Positions 40,357 through 50,970 are shown, counted from the first letter of the stretch. The stretch: 64,000 nucleotides of DNA from an uncultured Candidatus Binatia bacterium (GCA_965247985.1 OZ252051.1:3708240-3772239), one strand, 5' to 3'. Notes: generated by a model from the sequence alone, not told the origin. Made by a program: numbers and translations.

Positions 40357-41021
40357 TGGCGACGCTTGATCTCTACGAAGCGATGCAGACCTTACGCGCC
40401 GTGCGGCGGCTGCGCCCGGATCCTATTCCGGAAGATGTATTATATCGGGTCTTGGAGGCCGCCACCTGGGCACCGTCTGGCGGGAATCGCCAGGCCTGGC
40501 GCATCATTGTGGTCAAAGACCCGGCTCGCAAACAGCGGTTGGGCGAATTATATAAGCAGGTCACACTTCCCTATACCAAATCGTATATGGATCGGCTGGC
40601 CGGTGCTCCCGAGGAGGAACGCAGAAAAGCCGAGCGGACGATCCGCGCCAGCACCTACCTGGCTGAACACTTTGGCGAATCTCCGGTGCTGCTGGTCGTG
40701 TGTTTTAACCCCGAAGGGCTGGCAGTGACTGACGCGAAGCTTGACCGCCTGTCCGTTGTGGGGGGTGGGTCGATCTACCCAGCAGTGGAAAACCTCCTCC
40801 TCGCCTGCCGCGCTGAGGGGCTGGGGTGTGTGATTACGACGCTGCTGTGTATGGAAGAACCGGAAGTACGCAAACTCTTAGGTATCCCCGACCCGTGGGG
40901 GACGGCCGCGGTCGTACCGATTGGTTATCCCGTCCTGCGAGGGCACGGGCCGATCTCGCGGCGGTCGGTAGAAGAGTTGGCGTTTGCGGATGCCTGGGGG
41001 ACCCCGTTTTCTCGGGAGTAG
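40353..41021 (+). CDS. Nitroreductase-family protein (probable NAD(P)H:flavin reductase)
   Basis: Its ATG overlaps the LLM stop. The nitroreductase fold is present. Confidence 0.7.
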   Translation: MMATLDLYEAMQTLRAVRRLRPDPIPEDVLYRVLEAATWAPSGGNRQAWRIIVVKDPARKQRLGELYKQVTLPYTKSYMDRLAGAPEEERRKAERTIRASTYLAEHFGESPVLLVVCFNPEGLAVTDAKLDRLSVVGGGSIYPAVENLLLACRAEGLGCVITTLLCMEEPEVRKLLGIPDPWGTAAVVPIGYPVLRGHGPISRRSVEELAFADAWGTPFSRE

Positions 41022-41070
41022 CTGAGGCGAAGCCGTCAAACCTTCGACTGTGACAATCGAGGCAGAATGA

Positions 41071-41099
41071 CACCGTAGGGGCAGGCCCCCGTACCTGCC
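41071..41099. repeat. REP-like palindrome ACCGTAGGGGCAGGCCCCCGTACCTGCCC
   Basis: There is a near-identical copy at 41419-41447. Confidence 0.55.
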
Positions 41100-41121
41100 C
41101 TGTTCATGCCTGCCCTATCAA

Positions 41122-41598
41122 ATGATGACATACGACCCAGCCAAACATCACCGCCGCTCCATCCGTTTGCAGGGACATAATTATTCGCAGCCGGGAGCGT
41201 ATTTTGTCACTATCTGCACCCAAAACAACGAATATCTGTTTGGCGATGTTGTGGATGGTGAGATGGTATTGAACGATGCAGGCCAAAGGGTGCAGAGCGT
41301 GTGGGATGAATTGCCGATGAGTTACCTCGGCATTGAAACAGACGCATTCATCATCATGCCCAACCACATCCACGGCATTATCACCATTCAATCACCCGAT
41401 GCGGGATCGTCGTCGTCCACCGTAGGGGCAGGCCCCCGTGCCTGCCCGCCCCTCCGCCCGCCCCGAGGACAACCGCCCCCCACCGGGCCATCATCCCGCA
41501 CCGGACACCCCCCGCCCCCCACCGGGCATACTGGGACATTACCAGAAAATCACATAGAAGATTCCGAATCTGCGCGGTGCCGTGTATCATGTGCCTGA
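41122..41598 (+). pseudogene. REP-associated tyrosine transposase (RAYT / IS200-like TnpA), truncated
   Basis: AYFVTICTQNNEYLF...MPNHIHGIITIQ contains the HuH motif. The frame then runs into a REP copy and Pro/Gly low-complexity sequence, so the catalytic-Tyr region is lost. Confidence 0.6.
41419..41447. repeat. REP-like palindrome copy 2
   Basis: It is embedded in the RAYT reading frame. Confidence 0.55.
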
Positions 41599-41710
41599 GA
41601 TAATCCAATCCATCTACCGCGAGACGTTGGCGGCGGTTTTATACGAACGAAAGGCTCCTCTGAAAAACGGTTAATACGGGGCTGATGAGACTGAAAGAAA
41701 GAGGAAACAT

Positions 41711-42862
41711 ATGAGCAACTCACAGAGTGGAGTGATCGTCGATGCCGATGGCCATGTCCTGGAGCCATTGGATACGTGGCAGAAATATATCGACCCCCAG
41801 TACCGGAACCGAGCCGTGCGCCTGGAGCACGATGATAACGGCTGGGAGGTGTTGCTGGTTGATAATAAGCCGTGCGAGGTCGTGCGGGGCACGCTCGGCG
41901 CTATTGGCGGTGTAGGTTCCGATACCGAAGAACTCGCAGCCTTCCTCACCCCAGGCGAACGGACGTATGCCGATGGTTCCCCCCCAGGCAGTTACGATCC
42001 GACTGCCCGTATCAAGGTTATGGATGAGGAGCAGATTGATGTTGCTCTGCTGTATCCGACTATTGGGATATTCTGGGAAGGATGGGTGAATGAGGCCAAA
42101 CTCGCCTCGGCCTATACCCGCGCGTATAACCGTTGGATCATCGACTTCTGCAGCGACCACCCCAAACGGCTATTTCCGGTTGCCCATATCTCGCTCCTTG
42201 ACCCGGAAGGCGCTGTTGAAGAAACCAAATGGGCCAAAGAAAATGGCTGTGTTGGGGTGTATCTGTCCCCAGACATGCCGGCGCGGGGTGGCAAGCATTT
42301 TGATGATCCGGCCTTTGTTCGTTTTTGGGAGACAGTGCAGGATTTGGAAATGCCAATCGGCTTTCATGTCGTCGTACGCGATCAGCCTTCGTTTCGAGAG
42401 TGGATCAGACCAGGCGCAGATTTTGGCTTGTTCAATTTTGCCTTTCTGGCCATTGATGTCATGGCCGCCTTCACCCAGATGATGTCACTCGGCATGTTTG
42501 AGAAATACCCGCGCTTGAAATGCAGCGTGCTGGAGTCTGGTGCCAACTGGATATCTTCCTGGCTTGACCGCCTGGATCATAAGTATCGCCCCATGGCCAG
42601 CCGGACTTCCCTGACAATGCCGCCGAGTGAGTATTTCTACCGCCAATGCCTGGTGTCGGCAGACCCTGATGAGACCCTGACCGCCAAGGTCATCGAGCAT
42701 ATTGGTTCCGACTATTTTCTGTGGGCCTCAGACTATCCACATATTGATGCCGACTTTGGGGTGGTCAAAGAACTCAAGGAACGCATTGCACCGTTACCCG
42801 AGGCAGACCAACGCAAAGTGCTCGGCGAGAATGCCATCCGTTTCTATGGGCTGAACGTGTGA
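41711..42862 (+). CDS. Amidohydrolase-2 (ACMSD-like metal-dependent hydrolase/decarboxylase) family protein
   Basis: It is a TIM-barrel amidohydrolase with ...VDADGHVLEP... at the N-terminus and ...ASDYPHID... near the C-terminus. Confidence 0.7.
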   Translation: MSNSQSGVIVDADGHVLEPLDTWQKYIDPQYRNRAVRLEHDDNGWEVLLVDNKPCEVVRGTLGAIGGVGSDTEELAAFLTPGERTYADGSPPGSYDPTARIKVMDEEQIDVALLYPTIGIFWEGWVNEAKLASAYTRAYNRWIIDFCSDHPKRLFPVAHISLLDPEGAVEETKWAKENGCVGVYLSPDMPARGGKHFDDPAFVRFWETVQDLEMPIGFHVVVRDQPSFREWIRPGADFGLFNFAFLAIDVMAAFTQMMSLGMFEKYPRLKCSVLESGANWISSWLDRLDHKYRPMASRTSLTMPPSEYFYRQCLVSADPDETLTAKVIEHIGSDYFLWASDYPHIDADFGVVKELKERIAPLPEADQRKVLGENAIRFYGLNV

Positions 42863-43059
42863 GACCGGACGCTGTGCTCAAAAGGGGGGGTCCCATGACG
42901 GCGGTCAAGGTTCGGCGGACACTCTACGTCAGCCCGAGGGGACGACGCAGTGGCTTGCAGACGAAGTAATGGGCAAAGACATGTGTATGGTCAATCTTTA
43001 AGAGATGCGTTAATTCAGCCCAGTACGAGACAGGTGACTGTGAACAGGAGGTCTGAGAG

Positions 43060-43383
43060 ATGACGACACGTGAGATGGTCTATGCGGTTCTGGTTGTCTT
43101 GGGGGTTCTCATACCCATGTATTACAACGTTCAGTATATGGGCGCAGGTGGCAATCTCCTGGTCGATTTCTTCACCGTGCCGATGGAGAGCGCAGTGACA
43201 GCCTCGCTGCTGTTCGATCTGTTGATTGCGTTTATAGCGTTCAATGTCTTGCTGTTTGCAGAAGGTCGGACCCTTGGTACGCGCAACTTTATTATCTGTA
43301 TTGTGGTCTCGTGGCTGGTGGCATTTGCCGCGGGTATGCCACTGTTTCTCTTGCTACGCGAGCGCCAGAAAAGACTTGGATAA
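43060..43383 (+). CDS. Small membrane protein (DUF2834-like)
   Basis: There are three predicted TM helices. Confidence 0.4.
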   Translation: MTTREMVYAVLVVLGVLIPMYYNVQYMGAGGNLLVDFFTVPMESAVTASLLFDLLIAFIAFNVLLFAEGRTLGTRNFIICIVVSWLVAFAAGMPLFLLLRERQKRLG

Positions 43384-43495
43384 TACGGAAAAGATCGATC
43401 ACATTGCATCGATCATTGTCCGAGACCCACAGACTTTGCCGCTCCGGTTTGATACAGCAAAGATGGCAGTAGCGTAACAAAAAAGGAGGGACACT

Positions 43496-44704
43496 ATGGC
43501 AGTCCAAGGAACCTGCGATCAAAAGTTTCAGGAAGTGCGTCAGGAGTTTGAGCGCAATTTTGCAGAGCGCGACGAAGTTGGCGCATCGGTGTGTGTAACC
43601 GTAGGCGGGCAAACGGTTGTCGATCTGTGGGGCGGGACGGCCAACCCCGAGACCGAGACGCCGTGGACCGATGAAACGGTCAGTATCGTCTTTTCCTCAA
43701 CAAAAGGGGCAACCGCCATCTGCGCCCATGTCCTGGCGTCACGCGGCCAGCTCGACCTGGACGCGCCGGTCGCCACGTATTGGCCCGAATTTGCCCAGGC
43801 CGGCAAAGAACACATCCCGGTCAAAATGCTGCTGAATCATCAGGCCGGGCTACCTGCGGTGCGTGAAAATCTGCCGCAAGGTGCCTATGCCGATTGGGAT
43901 TTGATGGTCAACGCGCTGGCCAAAGAAGAACCGTTTTGGGAGCCTGGCACCCGGAACGGCTATCATGCCCTCACCTATGGCTGGCTGGTCGGCGAGGTGG
44001 TTCGGCGCGTATCCGGCAAGTCGCTCGGCACCTTCTTTCGGGACGAGATCGCCCAGCCCCTTGGCCTGGACTTCTGGATCGGTCTACCCGAAGACAAAGA
44101 GTCGCGGGTTGCGCCCATGATTGCCGCGGAGCCAGACCCGGCCAGCCTGCTCTTTCAAGAGATGACCAAGCCGGGCACGCTGGCGGCGCTGGCAATACTC
44201 AATGTAGGTGGCTATATGGGCGCTGTTCCCGAGTATGACAGCCGGGCCGCACACGCCGCGGAAATCGGCGGTGCGGGCGGGATCACCAACGCCCGTGGAC
44301 TGGCCGGTCTGTATGAACCGCTCGCCCTGGGCGGCAAAAAGGGCGACGTCGAACTGGTCAACACCGAGACCCTGGCGCGTATGGGCCGCGTGTCGTCTTC
44401 TACGGGCAGAGACGCCGTGCTGGTCATGCCGACTCGGTTTGCCCTGGGTTTCATGAAAACCATGGACAACCGCCAGGAGCCGGCTGGCGTACAGGACAGT
44501 GTCCTGTTCTCTGAGGAAGCCTTCGGTCATGTCGGCGCGGGTGGCTCGTTTGGTTTTGCAGATCCCCAAGCCGGCATGTCCTTTGGCTACACCATGAACC
44601 GGATGGGTTCGGGTGCATCGCTCAACGAGCGGGGGCAGAGCCTGGTCGATGCCGTCTACCGTGCGCTCGGCTACCAATCCAGCACGTCAGGTGCATGGCA
44701 ATAA
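43496..44704 (+). CDS. Serine hydrolase, beta-lactamase family, paralog of 36217-37350
   Basis: FSSTKG is the SxxK motif. YWPEFAQ is shared with its paralog. Confidence 0.75.
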   Translation: MAVQGTCDQKFQEVRQEFERNFAERDEVGASVCVTVGGQTVVDLWGGTANPETETPWTDETVSIVFSSTKGATAICAHVLASRGQLDLDAPVATYWPEFAQAGKEHIPVKMLLNHQAGLPAVRENLPQGAYADWDLMVNALAKEEPFWEPGTRNGYHALTYGWLVGEVVRRVSGKSLGTFFRDEIAQPLGLDFWIGLPEDKESRVAPMIAAEPDPASLLFQEMTKPGTLAALAILNVGGYMGAVPEYDSRAAHAAEIGGAGGITNARGLAGLYEPLALGGKKGDVELVNTETLARMGRVSSSTGRDAVLVMPTRFALGFMKTMDNRQEPAGVQDSVLFSEEAFGHVGAGGSFGFADPQAGMSFGYTMNRMGSGASLNERGQSLVDAVYRALGYQSSTSGAWQ

Positions 44705-44738
44705 TTGGATACATAGAGAGACAGAGATAGGGAATTGT

Positions 44739-45500
44739 ATGGCAGGATTATTAGAGGGAAAGGTGGCTTTGATTACGGGTGGGAGTACGGGGATTGGCCG
44801 GGCGACCGCCCAGATTTTTGCGCGGGAAGGGGCAAAGGTTGCGGTGGCGGATGTGAATGTCGAAGGCGCACAGGAAACCGTGCGATTGATTACCGACGCC
44901 GGGGGTGAAGCAGTCTTTATCCAGGCTGACGTATCTCAAACGGCTGACACAGAGGCGATGGTCAAGACCGTGGTTGAAACCTATGGCCGGCTGGACTGCG
45001 CGTTTAATAATGCGGGGATCGAGGGAGATTTCCTGCCAACACCGGACTATCCTGAGGCAACGTGGGATAGGGTGATCGGCATTAACCTCAAAGGCGTGTG
45101 GTTGAGCATGAAAGCCGAAGTCCGGCAGATGCTCAGCCAAGGTGGAGGGGCGATTGTGAACACGGCCTCGGTGGCGGGGCTGCAAGGCATGCCCGCTGCG
45201 TCTGCCTATGTCGCGGCCAAACACGGCGTGGTTGGACTCACCAAGACCGCGGCGCTTGAGTACGCCAAGGCTGGCATTCGGGTGAATGTGGTCTGTCCGG
45301 GCGGTGTGGAGACGCCGATGCTCAAACGGGCCTTTGAAAAAGTCCCCGAAATGGCCGAAGGGATATCGAGCGCGGAACCGGTCGGTCGGCTGGCCCAACC
45401 GTCCGAGATCGGGGAAGCGGTAGCGTGGCTGTGTTCGGACGCAGCCTCGTTTGTGACCGGCCATCCCATGGCAGTCGATGGCGGCTATGTGGCGCAGTAA
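44739..45500 (+). CDS. SDR-family oxidoreductase
   Basis: TGGSTGIG is the cofactor-binding motif, NNAG and S...YxxxK are also present, and the start is trimmed to MAGLLEGK. Confidence 0.85.
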   Translation: MAGLLEGKVALITGGSTGIGRATAQIFAREGAKVAVADVNVEGAQETVRLITDAGGEAVFIQADVSQTADTEAMVKTVVETYGRLDCAFNNAGIEGDFLPTPDYPEATWDRVIGINLKGVWLSMKAEVRQMLSQGGGAIVNTASVAGLQGMPAASAYVAAKHGVVGLTKTAALEYAKAGIRVNVVCPGGVETPMLKRAFEKVPEMAEGISSAEPVGRLAQPSEIGEAVAWLCSDAASFVTGHPMAVDGGYVAQ

Positions 45501-45629
45501 ATAAGGCAGCAAGGGACGTGCAAGCCGGTTGTCGTTCACGATCTGGCTCGCCATTTGACTCTGGTCGGTAATGGTCCTACGCTCTGCGTGACATCCCCAA
45601 CCCAGACTCAAGAATAAGGAGGGTAAGAT

Positions 45630-47048
45630 ATGAGTCAGCCGCAAGCCTATGCGCAGCAGCCCGCCCCGCGTCCCTTTGAGCTGGACGTTGAGAAACTACG
45701 AGACTTGGAACGCCAGAATAAACTGCCGGTCTTTACGACCTTTCGGGATCATGCCGATGGAGATTTCACCGTTATTGTAGCCGGGAAAGGGATCTATCTC
45801 TGGGATGCTGAGGGCAATCAGTATCTCGATGGCTGCTCCGGCATTGGCAATGTTGGCTTGGGCTACGACCAGACCGAGATTGCCGACGCGGTCCACGCGC
45901 AAATGAAGACCCTCCCGTTTCATTTGGGCGGCTGGAATTTCTCCACCCCACCCTCCATTGAACTGGCGGCAAAGTTAGCCGCGCAGGCACCAGACGGACT
46001 GAACCGAGTGATTTTTGTCTCAGGCGGTTCAGAAGCCAATGAGACGGTCATCAAGGTCAGTCGCCTCTATTTCCGGCTGCGCGGTTTTGAGAAGAAAACT
46101 ACGGCAATTGCGCTGGACCGCAGCTATCATGGGGCAACGTATGGGGCCGCCAGCCTGACGGGGCTGCCGCATATGCACGAACACTTTGAGCCTATGCTGT
46201 CAAAGGTTCGACATATCCCCACCCCGTACCGCTATCGCTGTGAGCAGTGTGGGACGCAGCCGGCCTGCACGCTCGCCTGTGCGGATATGCTGGAAAAGGT
46301 CATTCTCGAAGAAGGGCCGGAGACCGTTGCCTTCTTTATTGCCGAACCCGTGCTGGGAGGCGGTGGCTGCATCCCCCTTCCCCCGGAATATTTCCAACGT
46401 ATCCGGGCCATCTGTGACAAATATGATGTGCTCATGGTGTCCGATGAAGTCATTACCGGTTTCGGACGAACGGGCAAGATGTTTGCCATTGAGCACGCGG
46501 GCGTTATCCCGGATATGATCAGCACGGCCAAGGGCATCAATAGCGGTTATCTGCCGCTCGGCGCAGTGCTCTTACACGAGAAGATTTACGATACCTTTCT
46601 GCACGCTCCCGAAGGCACCGATTTCTCCCACGGCTATACGAACTCCGGTCATCCGGTGTGCTGCGCGGCCGGGCTGAAGACGCTTGAAATTATGGAACGG
46701 GAGCAACTCGTCGACCACGCGGCTCAGATGGGGACGCTCTTTCACGAGGGGCTGGCCGAGTTGCGGTCCTCGCCCATCGTCGGCGATGTGCGGGGCTTGG
46801 GATTAACCGCGGGCCTGGAGTTCGTCCGCAATAAAGACACCCGCGAGCCTTTTCCGCTTGAGTACAACGTCGCAGACTACGTCCGTCGGGCGGCCCTGAA
46901 GCGCGGGCTCCTCGTGCGTGACCTGGGACCTGATGTGATTTTTATGGCACCGCCGTTGATCATCACCCAGCAGGAGGTCGGCCTGCTCCTGCAACGTCTG
47001 AAAGACGCGCTGGCCGAGACCGAGTCCTGGCTCGCCGCCAAGGCCTAA
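45630..47048 (+). CDS. Class III (omega) aminotransferase, PLP-dependent
   Basis: The product is 472 aa. It contains ...SGGSEANE... and ...DEVITGFGRTG... motifs. Confidence 0.8.
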   Translation: MSQPQAYAQQPAPRPFELDVEKLRDLERQNKLPVFTTFRDHADGDFTVIVAGKGIYLWDAEGNQYLDGCSGIGNVGLGYDQTEIADAVHAQMKTLPFHLGGWNFSTPPSIELAAKLAAQAPDGLNRVIFVSGGSEANETVIKVSRLYFRLRGFEKKTTAIALDRSYHGATYGAASLTGLPHMHEHFEPMLSKVRHIPTPYRYRCEQCGTQPACTLACADMLEKVILEEGPETVAFFIAEPVLGGGGCIPLPPEYFQRIRAICDKYDVLMVSDEVITGFGRTGKMFAIEHAGVIPDMISTAKGINSGYLPLGAVLLHEKIYDTFLHAPEGTDFSHGYTNSGHPVCCAAGLKTLEIMEREQLVDHAAQMGTLFHEGLAELRSSPIVGDVRGLGLTAGLEFVRNKDTREPFPLEYNVADYVRRAALKRGLLVRDLGPDVIFMAPPLIITQQEVGLLLQRLKDALAETESWLAAKA

Positions 47049-47062
47049 AACGCTAACGGGCT

Positions 47063-47080
47063 GGGGGCCGTGCGGCCCCC
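47063..47080. terminator. GC hairpin between convergent genes
   Basis: The sequence is GGGGGCC-GTGC-GGCCCCC. Confidence 0.4.
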
Positions 47081-47087
47081 AAGCGAC

Positions 47088-48917
47088 CTAGCGAACAATC
47101 AGCCCTTCGAAGTCACCCTGCTCGCGCCAGGCGGCGAGCATGTCGTAAAAGGGCACTGCCCCTTCGGGGTACTGGACCTCGATGAAGCCCCGTCCCTCGT
47201 TTTTCCCCTCTCCGTTGTAATAGCCCGGCGTACAGGTGTTCTGGTACTCGGTCATGAAGGTCGGTCCGGTCAGCAGTTTCACCCACTCGGCCTCGGCCTC
47301 GGGGATGGGCTCAACGGATTTCGCTTCGCGCGCGCCCACCTGGGTGATGATGTGGGCGATGTGGGTAGCCTGCCCGTTCAGCATATAGGTGAAGTTGGGC
47401 GCGAGACCAGTCTGGGTGAGCCCCATATGGAAGCAGTTCGGGAAGCCGTAGCTCAGGAAGCCGTGGTAGGTCCTCATGCCGGCGGCCCAGTAGTCGGTCA
47501 GTGAGAGCCCGTCACGGCCGTACACCTCGAACTCGGCGCGCCGCGTGTACGCCGTCCCGACCTCGAAGCCAGTGGCGTAGATCAGGCAGTCCACTTCGTA
47601 TTCGACACCGTCCACGACCACCGCGTTCTCGGTCACCCGCTCGACGCCCTTTCCCTTTGTGTCCACTAGCTTCACATTGGGCCGGTTGAAGGTGGGCAGG
47701 TATTCGTCGTTGAAGGTCGGGCGCTTGCACCACTGGCCGTACCAGGGCTTGAGCGCCTCCGCCGTCTCCGGGTCGCCGACAGTCGTGGCCACGCGGTCGC
47801 GAATTTCGTTCATCTTCTGATAGTCGGCGATCTCCGACATGAGCGCCATGCCTTCGTCCGAGAGGTTAGAGTCACCCTTGCTTGAGAGAAGCTCAGAAAG
47901 CTTTTTGAAGAGGCTGGTCCACTTGTCGCCGACCAGGTCTTCCTCAACGGGAAGTCCGGCCAGGATGGAGCAGAAATTGTTGTTGCGGTAATCCTGCCAG
48001 CCGGGCTTCAGCGTCCTGACCCATTCCGGGTCGGTCGGCTTGTTGCCGCGTTCGTCCACCGACGACGGCGTGCGCTGGAACACGTAGAGCTGTTTGGCGC
48101 TCTCACCGAGATGTGACACGGACTGGATCGCAGTGGCCCCGGTCCCGATGATGCCGACACGTTTGTCTTTGAGTTTGTGCATGCCGCCGGTGGTATCGCC
48201 ACCGGTGTAGTCGTAGTCCCAGCGACTGGTGTGGAAGGTATGCCCCTTGAACCTCTCGACTCCAAGGATCGCCGGCAGCTTGGGCCGGTTCAGAGGACCA
48301 CTCGACATGATCACAAAGCGCGCCTTGAAGACATCGTTGCGGTCGGTTTTGACCGTCCAGCGGCCGTCCTCATCGTCCCAGCGCGCCTCCTTGACCTTCG
48401 TCTGGAAGCACGTTCTCTCGTAGAGGTTGAAGTGCTTGCCAATCCGCTGGGCGTGCTCAAATATCTCCGGCGCGAAGGAGTACTTTTCCTTCGGGATGTA
48501 TCCGGTCTCTTCGAGCAGCGGCAAATATACATAGGATTCGATGTCACACTGGGCGCCGGGATAGCGGTTCCAGTACCAAGTCCCGCCAAAATCCCCGGCC
48601 GTCTCGATGATACGAAAATTGGTGATTCCGGCCTTCTGCAGCCGAGCTGCCGCAAGGAGGCCACCAAAGCCCCCGCCGACAATCACCGCGTCGAGTTCTT
48701 CTTGAAGTGCGGGGCGCGTGAAGCCCGGCTCTACGTAGGGGTCAGTGTTGTAATGCTCGTGTTGGCCTGTGATTTCCTGATATTGGTTGTTCCCATCCGC
48801 GCGGAGACGCCTGGTACGCTCATCGGCGTACTTCCGGCGCAGTTCAGCCGGGTCGAAGCCCAACTCTTCGGGAGTTGGAATTGCGTTCGGTTGGGATTGT
48901 TCTACAGCTTGACTCAT
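47088..48917 (-). CDS. Type I Baeyer-Villiger monooxygenase, 609 aa, paralog of 33627-35456
   Basis: The start is trimmed to MSQAVEQS. The protein carries the same BVMO motifs [13 protein letters not shown] and GGGFGG. Confidence 0.85.
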   Translation of the reverse strand: MSQAVEQSQPNAIPTPEELGFDPAELRRKYADERTRRLRADGNNQYQEITGQHEHYNTDPYVEPGFTRPALQEELDAVIVGGGFGGLLAAARLQKAGITNFRIIETAGDFGGTWYWNRYPGAQCDIESYVYLPLLEETGYIPKEKYSFAPEIFEHAQRIGKHFNLYERTCFQTKVKEARWDDEDGRWTVKTDRNDVFKARFVIMSSGPLNRPKLPAILGVERFKGHTFHTSRWDYDYTGGDTTGGMHKLKDKRVGIIGTGATAIQSVSHLGESAKQLYVFQRTPSSVDERGNKPTDPEWVRTLKPGWQDYRNNNFCSILAGLPVEEDLVGDKWTSLFKKLSELLSSKGDSNLSDEGMALMSEIADYQKMNEIRDRVATTVGDPETAEALKPWYGQWCKRPTFNDEYLPTFNRPNVKLVDTKGKGVERVTENAVVVDGVEYEVDCLIYATGFEVGTAYTRRAEFEVYGRDGLSLTDYWAAGMRTYHGFLSYGFPNCFHMGLTQTGLAPNFTYMLNGQATHIAHIITQVGAREAKSVEPIPEAEAEWVKLLTGPTFMTEYQNTCTPGYYNGEGKNEGRGFIEVQYPEGAVPFYDMLAAWREQGDFEGLIVR

Positions 48918-49197
48918 CGTGTCAGCCCTCCTTCTCGATGAGGATGTCTTCCTTGCGAAGCATCTCAATTTATTCGTCAGCGCGAAGTTTTGCATATCGA
49001 TAAAATTTTTACAACGCGCGCACTCCAGGAGCGTTCTCCCTTGAAACCGTGCTCCGCTTTCCCGTTGCACCACGGCTCTGTTATAGTCAGACGGTTGCGA
49101 AGACGACTGGTACTGATGCCGACAAATCATCTTTAGTGATCTTGAGTCAGAGCCTGATCATCGTCACCCAACGAGCATATACACGGAGGATTGATAC

Positions 49198-50970
49198 ATG
49201 AGTGAAGTGCAGGAGAAGCCGGAGAAGCCTCTAATCGGCACTATGGACGGGCTCTCAAAGCCGAAAAAGCCGCAAGCGTACTACGCTGCCATCAAACAAA
49301 AGTTTGCCGAAGAGCGTGACCTGCGGCTGCACTATCGCCCCGAAGGCACGCAACAGTACACGTCTGACCTGTCCGGTACTTTCACCAAGTACGAGACCGA
49401 TCCTTACGGCGGGGAGATCCTCCCCCGCGAGCCGCTCAACGATACGGTCGAATGTTTGTTTATTGGCGGCGGATTTTCTGCGCTGCTCACCTCAGCCCGG
49501 CTGCGGGAATATGGTGTCGAGCGCATTCGTATAGTCGAACGCGGGGCCGATGTGGGCGGCACCTGGTATTGGAACCGCTATCCTGGCGTAGCCTGCGACG
49601 TGATCTCGTATGACTACCTCCCGCTGCTCGACGAGATGGACTATGTGCCCAAGCACCATTATTCCAGGGGCCCGGAGATTTTGGTTCACTGTCAGGCAAT
49701 CGCCAGGAAGTACGACTTGTATGGTCTGGCGGTCTTTCAAACAACCGTGACCTCCACAGTATGGAATGAAGAAGAAGAGATGTGGCACCTCACCACTGAC
49801 CGGGGCGACCACATGAAAGCGCGCTTCGTCATCTGTGCGAACGGCACCCTGTCCAAGCCCAAGCTGTCCAAAATCAAGGGAATGGAGTCCTTCAAAGGCC
49901 ACTCCTTTCATACCTCGCGCTGGGACTATGCCTACACCAAGGAAGACTTGTCCGGCCTGGAAGACAAAGTGGTCGGCATCATCGGCACGGGGGCCACCGC
50001 AGTGCAAGCTATTCCCGGACTCGGCGCGTCATCGAAAGAGTTGTATGTGTTCCAACGCACGCCGTCGTCGATTGACATCCGGGACGACTGGCCGACCGAT
50101 CCTAACTGGGCGCGTAAACTGAAGTCTGGCTGGCAGGCCAAGCGGCGCGCACGCGCCATGCGAGGGCCGCGGCGGACCAATGAGCAGAAAGCCGAGCGCT
50201 CGGCCATGTCTCGTGAGGAGAAGATCAGGCGACAGGAAAACGCCAACATCGACTACATGATGAAGATTCACAAACGCATCGACGAGATTGTGAAGGACAA
50301 AACTACCGCGGAGGCTCTCAAGCCGTGGTATATGTTCATGTGTAAGCGACCATGTTTTCACAATGACTATTTACCGACCTTCAACCTGCCTAATGTTCAC
50401 CTGATAGACACCCACGGTAAGGGCATCACCGAGATCAATGCCCAGGGGCCAGTGTTTGAGGGTAAACAGTACGAGCTTGATCTCCTTATCTATGCCACCG
50501 GCTTTGAGGTGCAGAAGACGGGTATTTACAACCAGATCAAAGGCGAGCGTGGGGTAGACCTCAATGACAAATACAGCACCGGCATCCGTACCCTGCTCGG
50601 CATTCACTCCCAGGGCTATCCCAACCTGTTTATCATGGGCGGCTACCAGGCGTCGTTTCAGTTCAACCTGACAGACATGCTGCAATCACAGGGCGATCAC
50701 ATTGCGGCCTGCATCGACTATGCGCGACGGCATGACTATCAGTCCATTGACGTGACTCCCGAGGCAGAAGAGTGGTGGGTACAGGAAGTGATTCATCATC
50801 GCGGCAAGACCAGCCGTAACCAGGACTGCACGCCAGGCTATTATAATTTCGAGGGTGAATTTCAACGCCGTCAGGACGGCAATTATAACGGTGGCTTTCC
50901 CAGATACGTGACGCACTTAAAAGAAGTCCGAGTGCAGATGGCAGACAACTTTGTTTTTACGAAAAGATAA
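49198..50970 (+). CDS. Baeyer-Villiger / flavin-containing monooxygenase (third, more divergent)
   Basis: The protein carries the GGGFSA Rossmann motif, [11 protein letters not shown], and the [13 protein letters not shown] fingerprint. Confidence 0.8.
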   Translation: MSEVQEKPEKPLIGTMDGLSKPKKPQAYYAAIKQKFAEERDLRLHYRPEGTQQYTSDLSGTFTKYETDPYGGEILPREPLNDTVECLFIGGGFSALLTSARLREYGVERIRIVERGADVGGTWYWNRYPGVACDVISYDYLPLLDEMDYVPKHHYSRGPEILVHCQAIARKYDLYGLAVFQTTVTSTVWNEEEEMWHLTTDRGDHMKARFVICANGTLSKPKLSKIKGMESFKGHSFHTSRWDYAYTKEDLSGLEDKVVGIIGTGATAVQAIPGLGASSKELYVFQRTPSSIDIRDDWPTDPNWARKLKSGWQAKRRARAMRGPRRTNEQKAERSAMSREEKIRRQENANIDYMMKIHKRIDEIVKDKTTAEALKPWYMFMCKRPCFHNDYLPTFNLPNVHLIDTHGKGITEINAQGPVFEGKQYELDLLIYATGFEVQKTGIYNQIKGERGVDLNDKYSTGIRTLLGIHSQGYPNLFIMGGYQASFQFNLTDMLQSQGDHIAACIDYARRHDYQSIDVTPEAEEWWVQEVIHHRGKTSRNQDCTPGYYNFEGEFQRRQDGNYNGGFPRYVTHLKEVRVQMADNFVFTKR

